Shown: positions 48,465 to 58,460 of the stretch, piece after piece
Position numbering within the stretch: position 1 is the first letter of the stretch
How the letters are laid out: each line of letters begins with the position of its first letter
Source: Desulfatiglandales bacterium
Lineage (GTDB): Bacteria; Desulfobacterota; DSM-4660; Desulfatiglandales; Desulfatiglandaceae
Reading direction: 5' to 3'
Length of the DNA: 64,000 nucleotides
NCBI GenBank assembly: GCA_963662465.1
Contig: OY759599.1
Coordinates: 6,112,001-6,176,000 of the forward strand
Translations under genes and position numbers: made by a program
Notes under the pieces: generated by a model
Database searches by the model: none
What the model saw: only the letters and a program-made list of their open reading frames with translations
What the model was told of the DNA's origin: nothing

Positions 48465-48755
48465 ATGTTTGAAATTACAGGGCCTGCCAGGGAGAAGATT
48501 CAGGAAATTGTCCATGGGGAAAAAAGCCCTTCACCCATTCGCATCATGATGGCTGGGGGCTGCATCGGTCCCCATCTGGGCATGCTCTTTGATTCAGTGA
48601 GGCCGAACGATCAGGTATTTGACGTGGAAGGAATTCAATACGCCGTTGATAAGGAACTTCTATCTCGATTTCAGCCGATTACCGTAGATTACAGAAGCGA
48701 TTCATCGGGGGAGAGGTTCAGCATCACATCACCCCGGCATGATGTCGATCCATAA
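48465..48755 (+). CDS. IscA/HesB-like protein
   Basis: PIRIMMAGGCIGPHLGM..D..ND..YAVDKEL..ITVDY. Confidence 0.7.
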   Translation: MFEITGPAREKIQEIVHGEKSPSPIRIMMAGGCIGPHLGMLFDSVRPNDQVFDVEGIQYAVDKELLSRFQPITVDYRSDSSGERFSITSPRHDVDP

Positions 48756-48790
48756 CTGAGCGTTTTTTTCAGCATGATCCGCCCAAACCA

Positions 48791-50161
48791 TCAGGTTTTA
48801 TCTAATAGGGACAGACCTGAAACCCCTTCGGTTGTTTCCACCCGGCATGTTAACGACCCCTCCGCCAGAAGGACCATAATCTGATCCCCTGAATACACGC
48901 CTTTGATTTTTTTCAGGATCTTCTTTTCGGGCAGCTGAAGGGCAATGCTGTATCCCCGTTTTAAAATGGCCCGAGGGTTCAGGTCGCTCAAGCCCTTTTC
49001 AAGCAGGGAACGGTTCATTCGAAACCCGCGAAGTTTTGTTTCCATGGTCCGGATGAGGGACGTCCTTTGAAAATCAAGATTTTGTTTGCCCGAAGCGATC
49101 ATGCCCAGGGGAGAATGGATTCTCAAAGCATTTGCTTTTGCACCTGAGACCATGCGTTTGTGGTGAAGCTCCAGACGCATCAGTCGCGTCAGTCTCTGCT
49201 GAACTTCATCCAGTCGAATCCAGGCGTCCGCAAGCCGTTTCCTTGGATCCCGAAGTCGCTGCTTCAGCTTTTCCAGGACCTGCCTGCGATAATCGACCTG
49301 TTGCCTCATGAGCCCGAACAAGCGGCCTTGCAGGTCTTTGAGGCGATTTTCAAGGGCTTCTTTTTCCGCCACCAGAAGCTCGGCGGCGGCGGAAGGGGTG
49401 GGGGCCTTGAAATCCGCCGCCAGATCGCATATGGTCACATCGATTTCGTGCCCTACGGCTGAGACCACCGGTATGCGGGAGCCCCTGACGGCCATGGCCA
49501 GTTCTTCCTGGTTAAAGGCCTGCAAATCCTCCAGAGATCCACCCCCCCGGGTCAAAACGATCACATCGACGGACAGTTCACTGTTAATGAATTCAAGGGC
49601 TTTGACCATGTCCCCGCAGGCCTGGTCCCCCTGAACCTGAACGGGAAGGATACTGATCTCCAGATTGGCAAATCGCCGTTGAATGACGTTGAGAAAATCC
49701 CGCACCGCGGCGCCGGTAGGCGATGTGACCAGGGCGATCCGCTTGGGCAGGAAGGGCAGCGGTTTTTTGATCTCCTGATCAAAAAGACCCTGCTTTGCCA
49801 GTTTGTTTTTGAGCTGTTCAAAGGCCAGGGCCAGGGCGCCCACGCCTACGGGCTCCAGATAGTCCAGGATCAGCTGGTATTCTCCCCTGGGCGCGTATAC
49901 GCCTATCCGGCCCTGGGCAATCACTTTCATGCCGTTTTCGGGCAGGAACTTTAAATAGCGTGCCTGAAGACGAAACATGACCGCCCTGATCTGCGCGTTT
50001 TCATCTTTGAGTACCATATAATAATGGCCGGATCTGGGTGCACTGAAATTGGATATTTCCCCTTCAACCCAAATAAAATCAAGCGTCCCCTCCAGAAGGT
50101 CCCTTATTTTTTCGGTGAGTTCGTGAACGCCATATACCTTTGGGCCATGGCTTTCAGTCAT
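48791..50161 (-). CDS. xseA: Exodeoxyribonuclease VII large subunit
   Basis: GEISN, TSPTGAA, RGGGSLEDL, GHEID, PTPSAAAE, LKRGY. Confidence 0.96.
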   Translation of the reverse strand: MTESHGPKVYGVHELTEKIRDLLEGTLDFIWVEGEISNFSAPRSGHYYMVLKDENAQIRAVMFRLQARYLKFLPENGMKVIAQGRIGVYAPRGEYQLILDYLEPVGVGALALAFEQLKNKLAKQGLFDQEIKKPLPFLPKRIALVTSPTGAAVRDFLNVIQRRFANLEISILPVQVQGDQACGDMVKALEFINSELSVDVIVLTRGGGSLEDLQAFNQEELAMAVRGSRIPVVSAVGHEIDVTICDLAADFKAPTPSAAAELLVAEKEALENRLKDLQGRLFGLMRQQVDYRRQVLEKLKQRLRDPRKRLADAWIRLDEVQQRLTRLMRLELHHKRMVSGAKANALRIHSPLGMIASGKQNLDFQRTSLIRTMETKLRGFRMNRSLLEKGLSDLNPRAILKRGYSIALQLPEKKILKKIKGVYSGDQIMVLLAEGSLTCRVETTEGVSGLSLLDKT

Positions 50162-50313
50162 GTGCGACAATTGGCGCCCCTTTTTTAGAGGATTAAGTGT
50201 CTTGACAATCCATATAGTTATAAGATCTTATCCTCCATAGTCCGTCACGAATTACCACGGTATTTCACCGGAAAAATTGTGCAAGGATTGTACAAACTAT
50301 TGGGAGAACCGCC

Positions 50314-50493
50314 ATGGCTGTTAAATGGAACGCAACCGGCAAAGATCTGCAAGCAGCATATCATGAAACCGGAAAATACGGCAAGCGCTTTGACCGGTAT
50401 ATCCATGGTCGGTATGTACTTGTAAGCATTAATGCCAAGCTTTTTTGTGGTTTGGATAGCAGGGGGGAGCGGAAAGGGCCTACAGAAGCTTAA
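50314..50493 (+). pseudogene. Possible N-terminal remnant of a tyrosine integrase
   Basis: GGGAG RBS; MAVKWNATGK...YHETGKYGKRFDRYIHGRY resembles N-termini of such island integrases (recalled, not searched). Confidence 0.4.
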
Positions 50494-50755
50494 CCAGGGC
50501 GGCAACAATGGCGATGGAGGCGGCAAGCATCCCACCCATGCGGAGGGTTAAGTCATGTTTGAGGTGCAACTCAAGCTCTTTCATGTCGCGACTTAAATTA
50601 TTTTCAAGCTCTTTGAGATCCTGTTTTGTGGCCAAACGTTCGTCAATAATTTCAGCAAATGTTTCAGCCTGTACCTCTGCCTGTTTTTCAGGGACCCCGG
50701 CAGCTTTCAGCTTTTTTGCGTATGCCAATGTATCAAATACGAGTGCGGTTGCCAT
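50480..50755 (-). CDS. DUF1640/CCDC90-like protein (copy 2)
   Basis: FDTLAYAKKLKAAG..QAE..LATKQDL..IVAALVKLL; promoter TTGTCC-N17-TAAAAT at 50789-50817. Confidence 0.87.
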   Translation of the reverse strand: MATALVFDTLAYAKKLKAAGVPEKQAEVQAETFAEIIDERLATKQDLKELENNLSRDMKELELHLKHDLTLRMGGMLAASIAIVAALVKLL

Positions 50756-51022
50756 ATGATGAACCCCTTTCTTAAATGAACATGATGGATTTTACCATGG
50801 AGGGAAACCATGGACAACTTTTATTTTGCTGGTCTTGAAAGCTGGCAGGAGGACCATGATATGAAATACTCATATGATGAAAACGATGATATTGAAATCA
50901 AGTGGGAACTGAATGCTCCCATCGAATACCGCCTGAAGGAACATCCTGAATCCGGTTGGATGATCACGCCATTGCAGGAACACCCACATAGCGATCCATT
51001 TGAAGACGTGGAAGAGTGGATC

Positions 51023-51177
51023 GGCTCATCGTGGATTCGCGTGAGATTTGGCTTCTGAGCCGATTGTAGGTGCGACTTCAGTCGCACATTAAGCCGACCC
51101 TGTGCGACTGAAGTCGCACCTACAGCCCGAACCGAAACAATCTCAAAGCGCGATTTCACGTTAATCCGCGATGAACC
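51023..51177. mobile_element. 155-bp MITE with ISL3-like ends
   Basis: 24-bp imperfect IRs (19/24) beginning GGCTC/GGTTC; 8-bp TSD AGTGGATC at 51015-51022 and 51178-51185. Confidence 0.85.
51065..51124. repeat. GTAG-type REP doublet
   Basis: TGTAGGTGCGACTTCAGTCGCACA-N12-TGTGCGACTGAAGTCGCACCTACA, a perfect 24-bp IR. Confidence 0.85.
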
Positions 51178-51307
51178 AGTGGATCAATAGTTGAACCTGA
51201 AAAAGAAGTACGAAACAGTGGAGCCAAAAATAACGGAAGAGGCCATGGAATACCAGGAAGCGCAAATGGCGGCATGATACCACTTGCCAGGGACAGGCTG
51301 GAATATT

Positions 51308-51340
51308 AAAACCGGTTTCAGAAATGAGGCCGGTTTTTTT
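51308..51340. terminator. Intrinsic terminator, possibly bidirectional
   Basis: AAAACCGGTTTCA-GAAA-TGAGGCCGGTTTTTTT. Confidence 0.7.
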
Positions 51341-51352
51341 GTGGGAAAGGTC

Positions 51353-51604
51353 TCACAGAAGTTTAACCAGGGCAGCGACAACAGCGATGGAGAGCGCCAT
51401 CATTCCGCCAAGGCGGATGGTAATACGCATTTCGGACTCTTTTATGTCACGCTGTAGCATGAGGATATCCTGCTTGGTAGCAAGGCGGGTTTCAATCAAT
51501 TCGCTGATAATTTTGGTTTGTTCCGCCGCCTGCTCTTCCGTGAAGCCAACAGCTTTAAGGCGTTTCACGTTTTCAAATGTATCAAACGTAACGGTGGCAC
51601 TCAT
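51353..51604 (-). CDS. DUF1640/CCDC90-like protein (copy 3)
   Basis: FDTFENVKRLKAVGF..LATKQDI..VVAALVKLL; promoter TTGTCC-N18-TAGAAT at 51636-51665. Confidence 0.87.
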   Translation of the reverse strand: MSATVTFDTFENVKRLKAVGFTEEQAAEQTKIISELIETRLATKQDILMLQRDIKESEMRITIRLGGMMALSIAVVAALVKLL

Positions 51605-51722
51605 GATGAACCCCTTTCTTGAATGAATATTATGGATTCTACCATGGAGGGGGAACCATGGACAACTTTTATTTTGCGGGAAGGTTCCCGAAATCTGTTT
51701 CGGGAACATGGTAACCTGTTTT

Positions 51723-51804
51723 TGTGGGGGATAGCGTGGGGGACAGGAAAACAGGCCACAAAAAAAAGGGCTCACAAAATTGATGTAAGCCCTTGTTATT
51801 GTTA
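51723..51804. repeat. att-arm/terminator block shared with the tRNA-Arg flank
   Basis: Differs from 18436-18516 by 5 substitutions and 1 indel. Confidence 0.9.
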
Positions 51805-51881
<77 letters not shown>

Positions 51882-52033
51882 TCAATTCCATCAAGATAAT
51901 GTTTATTCGGATCAATGTCAATCAAAAAAAACAGGAAATTGCCATAAAAAAAGGAAACCGCCATTGCGATCCATTCGAAGAGTCGATAGGCCGCTCTTGA
52001 GGACACAGAACCTTATGCCGGCAACCCACCCCA

Positions 52034-53515
52034 TCAGCCCGGCAGGCGCACAAAAAAAGTCGTCCCCTTCCCTTTAACACTCTTGACCCACATTTCGCCC
52101 CCATGGGCTTCCACAATTTTGTAGGATATGGCCAAGCCCAGTCCGGACCCGCGATCCCGGGTTGTATAAAAAGGTTCAAAGATATGAAGGATGTCCTCCT
52201 CGCTGATGCCGATCCCTTCATCGCGAATTCGAATTTCAACGCCACCGCCGGACCATCCCAGCGTTTTTATGGCGATACGGCCACCCTCTTCCATGGCTTC
52301 CGCGCCATTGGTAACGATATTGATCACCACCTGTTTCAGCTTGTCCGGATCGCATTGGATCTCGGTTAAATTTGGCGCCAGGTCTGCTCGCATGGGGTAT
52401 TTATCGGATGGATAGATAGCACTGAAAATTTTCAGAACATCCTGAATGACGGAATTGATATCCGCCGGCCGCCGCACCAGTTTGTAGACCTTTGTGAAGT
52501 CTCCCAGGCTTGCGACCAGTCGCTCCAGTCGACCGACTTCGTCAAGGATCATATCCAGTTTTTTTACCGCCTTTTCATCGTCGAGGCTGTTGCGAATCTG
52601 ATAAGAAAACCCGCCGATAATCATAAGCGGACTTTTGATTTCATGAACCACATGGGCGACGGTAGTACCAACGGCCGCGAGACGTCCGGAACGAAGCAGT
52701 TTCTCTTCCAGTTTCTTTTGAACGGAGACATCCCGAATAATGGCTGTAAACGTATGGGCGCCATCCATCTCGTGAAAGGAAAGCCCCAACTCGATGGGAA
52801 ACTCCTCCCCATTTTTTCGAAAGGCGTTCAGCGATTGGGTTTTGCCGATGATTTTGGGTTTTCTCGTTTCCAAAAATCTTTTGACAAAACGCGCATGATC
52901 TCCATATTTAGGCGGAATGAGTATATTAAGGTCTTTTTTGAAAACCTCCTCTCGCTTATACCCGAAAATCCGTTCCGCCGCGTTGTTATACAGAATGATT
53001 TTATGGTCCTCGTTTATACTGATAATGGCATCGGTTGCCGTATCCAGAATGGTCCTGAAATTTTTTTCAGAGGCTCTCAGTCTGGAGAGCAGGTTACGGT
53101 ATTCCGTCACATCCCTCGATATTTCAACAAAATACCGCTCACCCGTTTCCCTGTTTACGACCGGATACATGATTCGGCGCAAGGCTTTGAAGTATTCCCC
53201 TTTCGAGCCGCGCCGAGAGGTCATCTCCACTCTTTGCCCGGTCTCCCTGGCCTTCTGAAGCGGGCAATCCCGATCTTTCAAATGACAGGGGAACCCTGAT
53301 GCTTTTTTGACGTCATAACATCTTCTGCCCAGAACCGCCTCTTTTGAAAGCCCCCGTTCATCCAGGAAAACTCGGTTTACATCCTGAATAATGCCGTCTC
53401 CATCCACCACCATGATTTCTTCGCTGATGCCGTCAAAAATGGTTTCCAGAAAGGCCTCATTGGTTTTCATGTCGGTCAAAGGATATTTTTTTTCCAAGAT
53501 TATCCCCCCATCCAT
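52034..53515 (-). CDS. Cytoplasmic two-PAS sensor histidine kinase
   Basis: HEIKSPL, N-box, DEGIG, FEPFYTT, GSGLGL. Confidence 0.92.
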   Translation of the reverse strand: MDGGIILEKKYPLTDMKTNEAFLETIFDGISEEIMVVDGDGIIQDVNRVFLDERGLSKEAVLGRRCYDVKKASGFPCHLKDRDCPLQKARETGQRVEMTSRRGSKGEYFKALRRIMYPVVNRETGERYFVEISRDVTEYRNLLSRLRASEKNFRTILDTATDAIISINEDHKIILYNNAAERIFGYKREEVFKKDLNILIPPKYGDHARFVKRFLETRKPKIIGKTQSLNAFRKNGEEFPIELGLSFHEMDGAHTFTAIIRDVSVQKKLEEKLLRSGRLAAVGTTVAHVVHEIKSPLMIIGGFSYQIRNSLDDEKAVKKLDMILDEVGRLERLVASLGDFTKVYKLVRRPADINSVIQDVLKIFSAIYPSDKYPMRADLAPNLTEIQCDPDKLKQVVINIVTNGAEAMEEGGRIAIKTLGWSGGGVEIRIRDEGIGISEEDILHIFEPFYTTRDRGSGLGLAISYKIVEAHGGEMWVKSVKGKGTTFFVRLPG

Positions 53516-54072
53516 GGACTGAAAAATACATACTTGAGGGAAAGGATGTCAAACATCTCATCGGCGCCCTCCCGGATAGCCCTGTACAATTCTTTCATGG
53601 TCTCGGCTTTGCCAAGGGACGCGCGGTAGGAAACATCATCATAAAACTCGAAATCAAGGGGAAGCAAAACCTGGTCAAGGTTGCCATGCCAGTGGACTTT
53701 GAGCGTCTCTTTCATGGAAAATACTTTTTTATACATGGCCCACAAAAGATCCGTTCTCAAAATCGGATGCACCTGATTGATCATGCAGTCGGTCAGTCCA
53801 ATCAGGTAATAGATCTCCCGCATCTTTATTTCATCCTTGCGATTCGCGTAAAGAGATCGAATGGTAAAGGACATGCCCCCTTCAAGGGAAAAATGCGGGG
53901 GTACGGCGGCCAACCCCTCCGGTTTGGGTTCAAGAGTTTCAGCAAGACTTAAACGCATTTGAACAAAGTGAGATGTTCGCCATAACGCCTTTTGAAACCG
54001 CCAGGGCCCGGAGGCGGGCAAATCCTCCGGCGGCTTCTTGCGCCTGCTTTTGAGATCAATGACTTTTCCCAT
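53500..54072 (-). CDS. Hypothetical protein
   Basis: 190-aa ORF co-directional with its neighbours. Confidence 0.65.
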   Translation of the reverse strand: MGKVIDLKSRRKKPPEDLPASGPWRFQKALWRTSHFVQMRLSLAETLEPKPEGLAAVPPHFSLEGGMSFTIRSLYANRKDEIKMREIYYLIGLTDCMINQVHPILRTDLLWAMYKKVFSMKETLKVHWHGNLDQVLLPLDFEFYDDVSYRASLGKAETMKELYRAIREGADEMFDILSLKYVFFSPWMGG

Positions 54073-54141
54073 TTTCGGTTACCCGCATGAATAAATCCTT
54101 AATGAACAATATGCTGTCTTGATGTCGGCAATCCCCGGGAA

Positions 54142-55023
54142 TTACGGCCTCGGATGACATTTTTCGTGAATTTCCTTCAGTCTCCCTCGGGTCACATGGG
54201 TATAAATCTGGGTGGTGGTGATATCGGCATGCCCGAGCATCACCTGAACAGACCGCAAATCGGCGCCGGCTTCCAGGAGATGACTGGCAAATGAATGCCG
54301 CAATCCGTGCGGTGTAATACGCTTATTAATTCTCGCGGCTATTCCATGGTTCCGAACAATTTTCCAGAACCCCTGCCGTGTCAATGGTTTTCCCCTGAAA
54401 TTCAAAAACAGGTGCGGCGGATGCCCCTCTTTCAACAGGGCCGGACGTCCGTAAGAAAGATACCCTCTGACGGCTTGAAGCGCCTTTTCACCAAAGGGCA
54501 CCAGTCTTTCCTTTTCGCCTTTTCCGAGGGTCCTCACATACCCGGCCTCCAGGTTGACGTCCAACATCCTGAGACCCACCATTTCTGAAACCCGCAACCC
54601 CGTGGCATAAAGGAGTTCCAGCATGGCGCAATCCCGCTGCCCCCGGGGCGTCACGATGTCCGGCTGAGCCAGAAGCTGTTCCACTTCATCCAAACTCAGG
54701 ATATCCGGCAAATTACGTGGAATACGGGGTGTTTCCAGAAGTCTTGCGGGATTCTCTTTCATTCGGTTTTCTGAAACCAGAAACCGAAAAAACGTTTTAA
54801 TGGCTGAGATATTGCGAGCCTGGGACCTTTTTGAGAGGCTGTTGCAAAGGGTGCCCACATAGTCTCGAATGACGCTCCGGGAAATACCTGTAGGAATAAG
54901 CTTTCGACTCTCCAGATACTTTAAAAAGCGGATGAGATCACGGCTGTAGGCCTGAACCGTATTCTCCGCAAGGCCGCGTTCAACCCGCAGATGGGTAGTG
55001 AATTCATCCAGTAAATCGTACAT
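54142..55023 (-). CDS. xerD: Site-specific recombinase XerD
   Basis: ERGLAENT, YATGLRVSE, TRQGFWK, PHGLRHSFASH, LGH..TTQIYTH, HPR. Confidence 0.93.
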   Translation of the reverse strand: MYDLLDEFTTHLRVERGLAENTVQAYSRDLIRFLKYLESRKLIPTGISRSVIRDYVGTLCNSLSKRSQARNISAIKTFFRFLVSENRMKENPARLLETPRIPRNLPDILSLDEVEQLLAQPDIVTPRGQRDCAMLELLYATGLRVSEMVGLRMLDVNLEAGYVRTLGKGEKERLVPFGEKALQAVRGYLSYGRPALLKEGHPPHLFLNFRGKPLTRQGFWKIVRNHGIAARINKRITPHGLRHSFASHLLEAGADLRSVQVMLGHADITTTQIYTHVTRGRLKEIHEKCHPRP

Positions 55024-55085
55024 GGTTATCCCTTCCATGGATCCCTGCGCATGGGAACCAGATGAGGACAAAAAATCCCGAACCA

Positions 55086-56210
55086 TCAGGTAAAATCGTA
55101 AAAATGATCATTCCGGGTTAGAATCCTGGGGCCTTCGGCTTCCAAAACCACCATTTCTTCAAGACGCACGCCCCCTTTGCTGGGGATATAGATTCCCGGT
55201 TCAATGGTAAAAACGGTTCCAACCCTTAGCGCGACGGAGTTTCTCACCGTAAGTCTGGGGCCTTCGTGGGCGGCAAGACCAACCCCATGCCCCAAACCAT
55301 GCCCGAAATATTCGCCGAAACCGGCGTCATGAATCATATTTCTGGCAACGGCGTCCACTTGTGAACTTTGCACCAGGGGGGTTATATGCTTGAGCGCCGC
55401 CAGCTGGGCCTGCCGAACAATGCGGTAAATCCGCTTGAAATCATCGTCGGGATTTCCCAGAAAAACCGTTCTGGTGATATCGGAGCAGTACCCATTCACT
55501 CGGACCCCGGCATCCAGCATAATCGGCTCTCGAGGTTTGATTTTCCGATTTGAGGGCGCCGCATGGGGTAGCGCACTGTTGGGGCCAGATGCCACAATGG
55601 AGGGAAAAGACAATCCATCCGCGCCGGCCTCCCTGGCCAGGTTCTCGATTTGCCACGCCACGTCCTTTTCCGTTACATCGGGTCTTAATCTTGAAATGAC
55701 TTCATCCAGGATATCTGAAATCATGTCCCCTGCCTTTTCCAGGGCTTGGACTTCCCATTCCGCCTTGACTTCGCGCATGTCTTCCACTACGCCGTTAAGG
55801 GGTGTCAGCACCACCCGCGGCGAAAGGGCCGCCAGCTTTTCAGCTGCCATTTTATGAAGCCCCCAGGTTATATAATCTTCTTCAAAGCCGAGATGGTGCA
55901 AGCCGAGGTTTTTGGTGAAAACCGGAATATCTTCCACAAAATTCCGTTTGAGGGTATGCACCTTAAACCCCACAGCTTCCTTTTCAGCCGCAAGGGTATA
56001 TCTGGAGTCCGTTATCAGCAGGCGGTTTTCACCATTAATCAGAAGGGACCCCGAGGATTCGGGAAACTGACCGTCTTCCGCACTGAAACCTGAAAGATAG
56101 CGCCGGTTCTCGGGTTTAATGATCCAGGCCGCGTCGCAACCATTTTCCACGGACAAATTCAAAGATCGGATAAGGGCCGCCACCCGCTGGGCGTAAATTG
56201 ATTCATTCAT
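55086..56210 (-). CDS. Xaa-Pro peptidase (M24B)
   Basis: TDSRY, YCSDITRT, HGLGHGVG, EPGIY, GVRLEE. Confidence 0.92.
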   Translation of the reverse strand: MNESIYAQRVAALIRSLNLSVENGCDAAWIIKPENRRYLSGFSAEDGQFPESSGSLLINGENRLLITDSRYTLAAEKEAVGFKVHTLKRNFVEDIPVFTKNLGLHHLGFEEDYITWGLHKMAAEKLAALSPRVVLTPLNGVVEDMREVKAEWEVQALEKAGDMISDILDEVISRLRPDVTEKDVAWQIENLAREAGADGLSFPSIVASGPNSALPHAAPSNRKIKPREPIMLDAGVRVNGYCSDITRTVFLGNPDDDFKRIYRIVRQAQLAALKHITPLVQSSQVDAVARNMIHDAGFGEYFGHGLGHGVGLAAHEGPRLTVRNSVALRVGTVFTIEPGIYIPSKGGVRLEEMVVLEAEGPRILTRNDHFYDFT

Positions 56211-56464
56211 GGTTTACCTCTCATTAAAAAAAACCATTCCAGCTTACCAGAAGGATGATGGAAATGCAATTGTGAGGAATCGTAATAACGTCGCAAGATT
56301 TCATAAAATTGAAGACGACCCATGATATGTTGACAGAACTCCGCCTACCTGTTAAAAATTCTGACAAGTTTCCCTCCATAGCGCCGCCATGGCATCAATG
56401 AATGAATGAATTAATGAATGGGCACGTACAAACCTTCTGGAAAGGATATGGGTAATTCTAACAC

Positions 56465-58450
56465 ATGACAGTTGGAAGCATCATTGAATATATTGATCAG
56501 AGCAAGTTCATTTGCACCGTTTGTTTACAGGACAAGGGAAGTCGGCTTCATCTGCTGACCCCGGCAAACCGGGAAGTCAACCTTTCGCCTAAAAGGACCG
56601 TTCTCATGTCGGACGCAAGGCTTGATGTGGGACAACCCAGAGATGATCTGCTGCGGAAACTGCAACAATTGGAACATTTGCGGATCAAGCTGAAAGAAGA
56701 GATTGACGTTAAAGAAATATGGGAGCTGATTCGGGACGAAGAAGAAGTCTTTGACCACCAGTATCTGGCTCAGCTGGCTTTCGGTGAAGAAGCCGCGGAT
56801 GACCACTTTTCAGCCGTTATTCGTGCCCTTTTCGAAAATCATCTCTATTTCAAGATGAAAAACGGGCTCTTCCTGCCCAACTCGGAGAGTCGTGTCGAAC
56901 AAATTATCCGCCAGGAAGAGGAGGCTGCTGAAAAGGCGGAGCGACTTGAACAGGGGAGTGCGTGGTTAAAAGATGTTCTTGAGGGCAAGCAAACCCGGGC
57001 GCCTGCCTGCCGGAAAGACATTACGCGTCTGTTGATTCAATTGGCCCTTTACGGCGCTGATGCCGATGACTTTAAATATGGAAAGGAACTACTTTCAAAT
57101 GCCGGCATAACGGATATCCGGCAAGCCCGATCTTTGCTCATACGGCTGGGCGAATGGGAAGAAGACGAACCCCTTGATCTGCTGCGATCAGGGGTGGAGA
57201 TCGCTTTTACTTCGGCGCAATTGGAAGAATCCGCTCGTCTGGCGGTTTCAGGGGTTCCTGAATACCCACGTGAAGACCTGAGGTCGCTGCCCATTATGAC
57301 CATTGACGGGCCCACGACCCAGGACTACGACGACGCCATAAGCCTGGAAATATTTGAGGACGAACTGAGAATCGGCATCCATATTGCCGACGTAGCGGCA
57401 GTTATTGCCAAGGACAGTCCTGTTGACGCCGCGGCAAGAGATCGCGCTTCCTCTCTATACCTTCCAAGAAGACAAGTTCCCATGATTCCCCATGATCTTT
57501 CCCAGGATATTTTGAGTTTGAAACAAGGGTGCGATCGCCCGGCGATTTCTCTTCTGGCCGATTTCGACATGAATGGGGCCTTGTTGCGGTATCGGTTTAC
57601 CCCCAGCATAATTCGGGTTCAGCAACAGCTCACATACAGTGATGTCAATGAGAACTTACTAAAGGAGCCCCAATTTAGAGAATTGTACCGATTGGCGGAG
57701 ATTCTGCGGCAAAAACGCATGGACCACGGCGCCATGAATATTTCCCTGCCTGAACTGGAAATAAATATTGATGAAAAGGGCGCTTTGACCCTGGATTTGG
57801 TAACGCAGGATTCACCGTCCCGCATGATTGTGGCGGAGTTTATGATCCTGTATAATTCACTGGCAGGTGATTTTTTTAAGAAGAATGAGATTCCCATCCT
57901 TTTCAGGGCGCAATCGCAACCAACGGAAAAATTGCCGCTGGATGAAAAGGGCTATGTTTTTTATGTGTTCCAGCAGAGAAGAAAACTCAGTCCCCTTAAT
58001 ATCAGCACAAATCCAAAGCCCCACAGTGGTCTGGGCGTAGACCTTTACACCCAGGCCACCTCCCCCATACGCAGATATCTTGACCTGGTTGCACAGCGGC
58101 AATTATTTGGTTTTTTTGCGAACGGCGCACCCATTTACAGCGAGGAGAGCTTGGAAGAAATCAGGATTTCCGTTGAGCCGCTGATTAAAACCCTGGGGCG
58201 CATCCAGCGAAACCGGTTGCGCTATTGGACCTTGAAATATCTCGGTTTGAACCGTGACAAAACTTTCAAGGCCCTGGTTCTGGATGAACTCAAAAACAAA
58301 TACAGAATCGTGTTGAAGGATTTTCTCATGGTAACGGACTTCAAACGACAGGATGGCATTATATTTTCCAAAGGGCAGGAAATTCTGGTAAAAGTCAAAA
58401 AAGCGGACCCCTGGGATGATGTGATCACCTTGGAATATGTGTCGTCATAG
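56465..58450 (+). CDS. RNB-domain exoribonuclease (RNase II-like)
   Basis: TIDGPTTQDYDDA, IHIADV, TSPIRRYLDL. Confidence 0.9.
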   Translation: MTVGSIIEYIDQSKFICTVCLQDKGSRLHLLTPANREVNLSPKRTVLMSDARLDVGQPRDDLLRKLQQLEHLRIKLKEEIDVKEIWELIRDEEEVFDHQYLAQLAFGEEAADDHFSAVIRALFENHLYFKMKNGLFLPNSESRVEQIIRQEEEAAEKAERLEQGSAWLKDVLEGKQTRAPACRKDITRLLIQLALYGADADDFKYGKELLSNAGITDIRQARSLLIRLGEWEEDEPLDLLRSGVEIAFTSAQLEESARLAVSGVPEYPREDLRSLPIMTIDGPTTQDYDDAISLEIFEDELRIGIHIADVAAVIAKDSPVDAAARDRASSLYLPRRQVPMIPHDLSQDILSLKQGCDRPAISLLADFDMNGALLRYRFTPSIIRVQQQLTYSDVNENLLKEPQFRELYRLAEILRQKRMDHGAMNISLPELEINIDEKGALTLDLVTQDSPSRMIVAEFMILYNSLAGDFFKKNEIPILFRAQSQPTEKLPLDEKGYVFYVFQQRRKLSPLNISTNPKPHSGLGVDLYTQATSPIRRYLDLVAQRQLFGFFANGAPIYSEESLEEIRISVEPLIKTLGRIQRNRLRYWTLKYLGLNRDKTFKALVLDELKNKYRIVLKDFLMVTDFKRQDGIIFSKGQEILVKVKKADPWDDVITLEYVSS

Positions 58451-58460
58451 GAAGAACTTA

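Larger units (their letters stand above)
50861..51277 (+). pseudogene. Hypothetical gene interrupted by the MITE
   Basis: AGGAGG RBS; MKYSYDENDD...EEWI, then MITE, then possible tail LNLKKKYETV...QMAA* (needs one more frameshift). Confidence 0.5.

Noticed and set aside
51065..51124. CRISPR repeat
   Set aside because: An inverted doublet without spacers; no array or cas genes in the window
54142..55023. XerD as an island integrase
   Set aside because: Canonical XerD motifs in a housekeeping context
56397..56420. (AATG)n run as a phase-variation tract or second FadR box
   Set aside because: Short, interrupted and not palindromic
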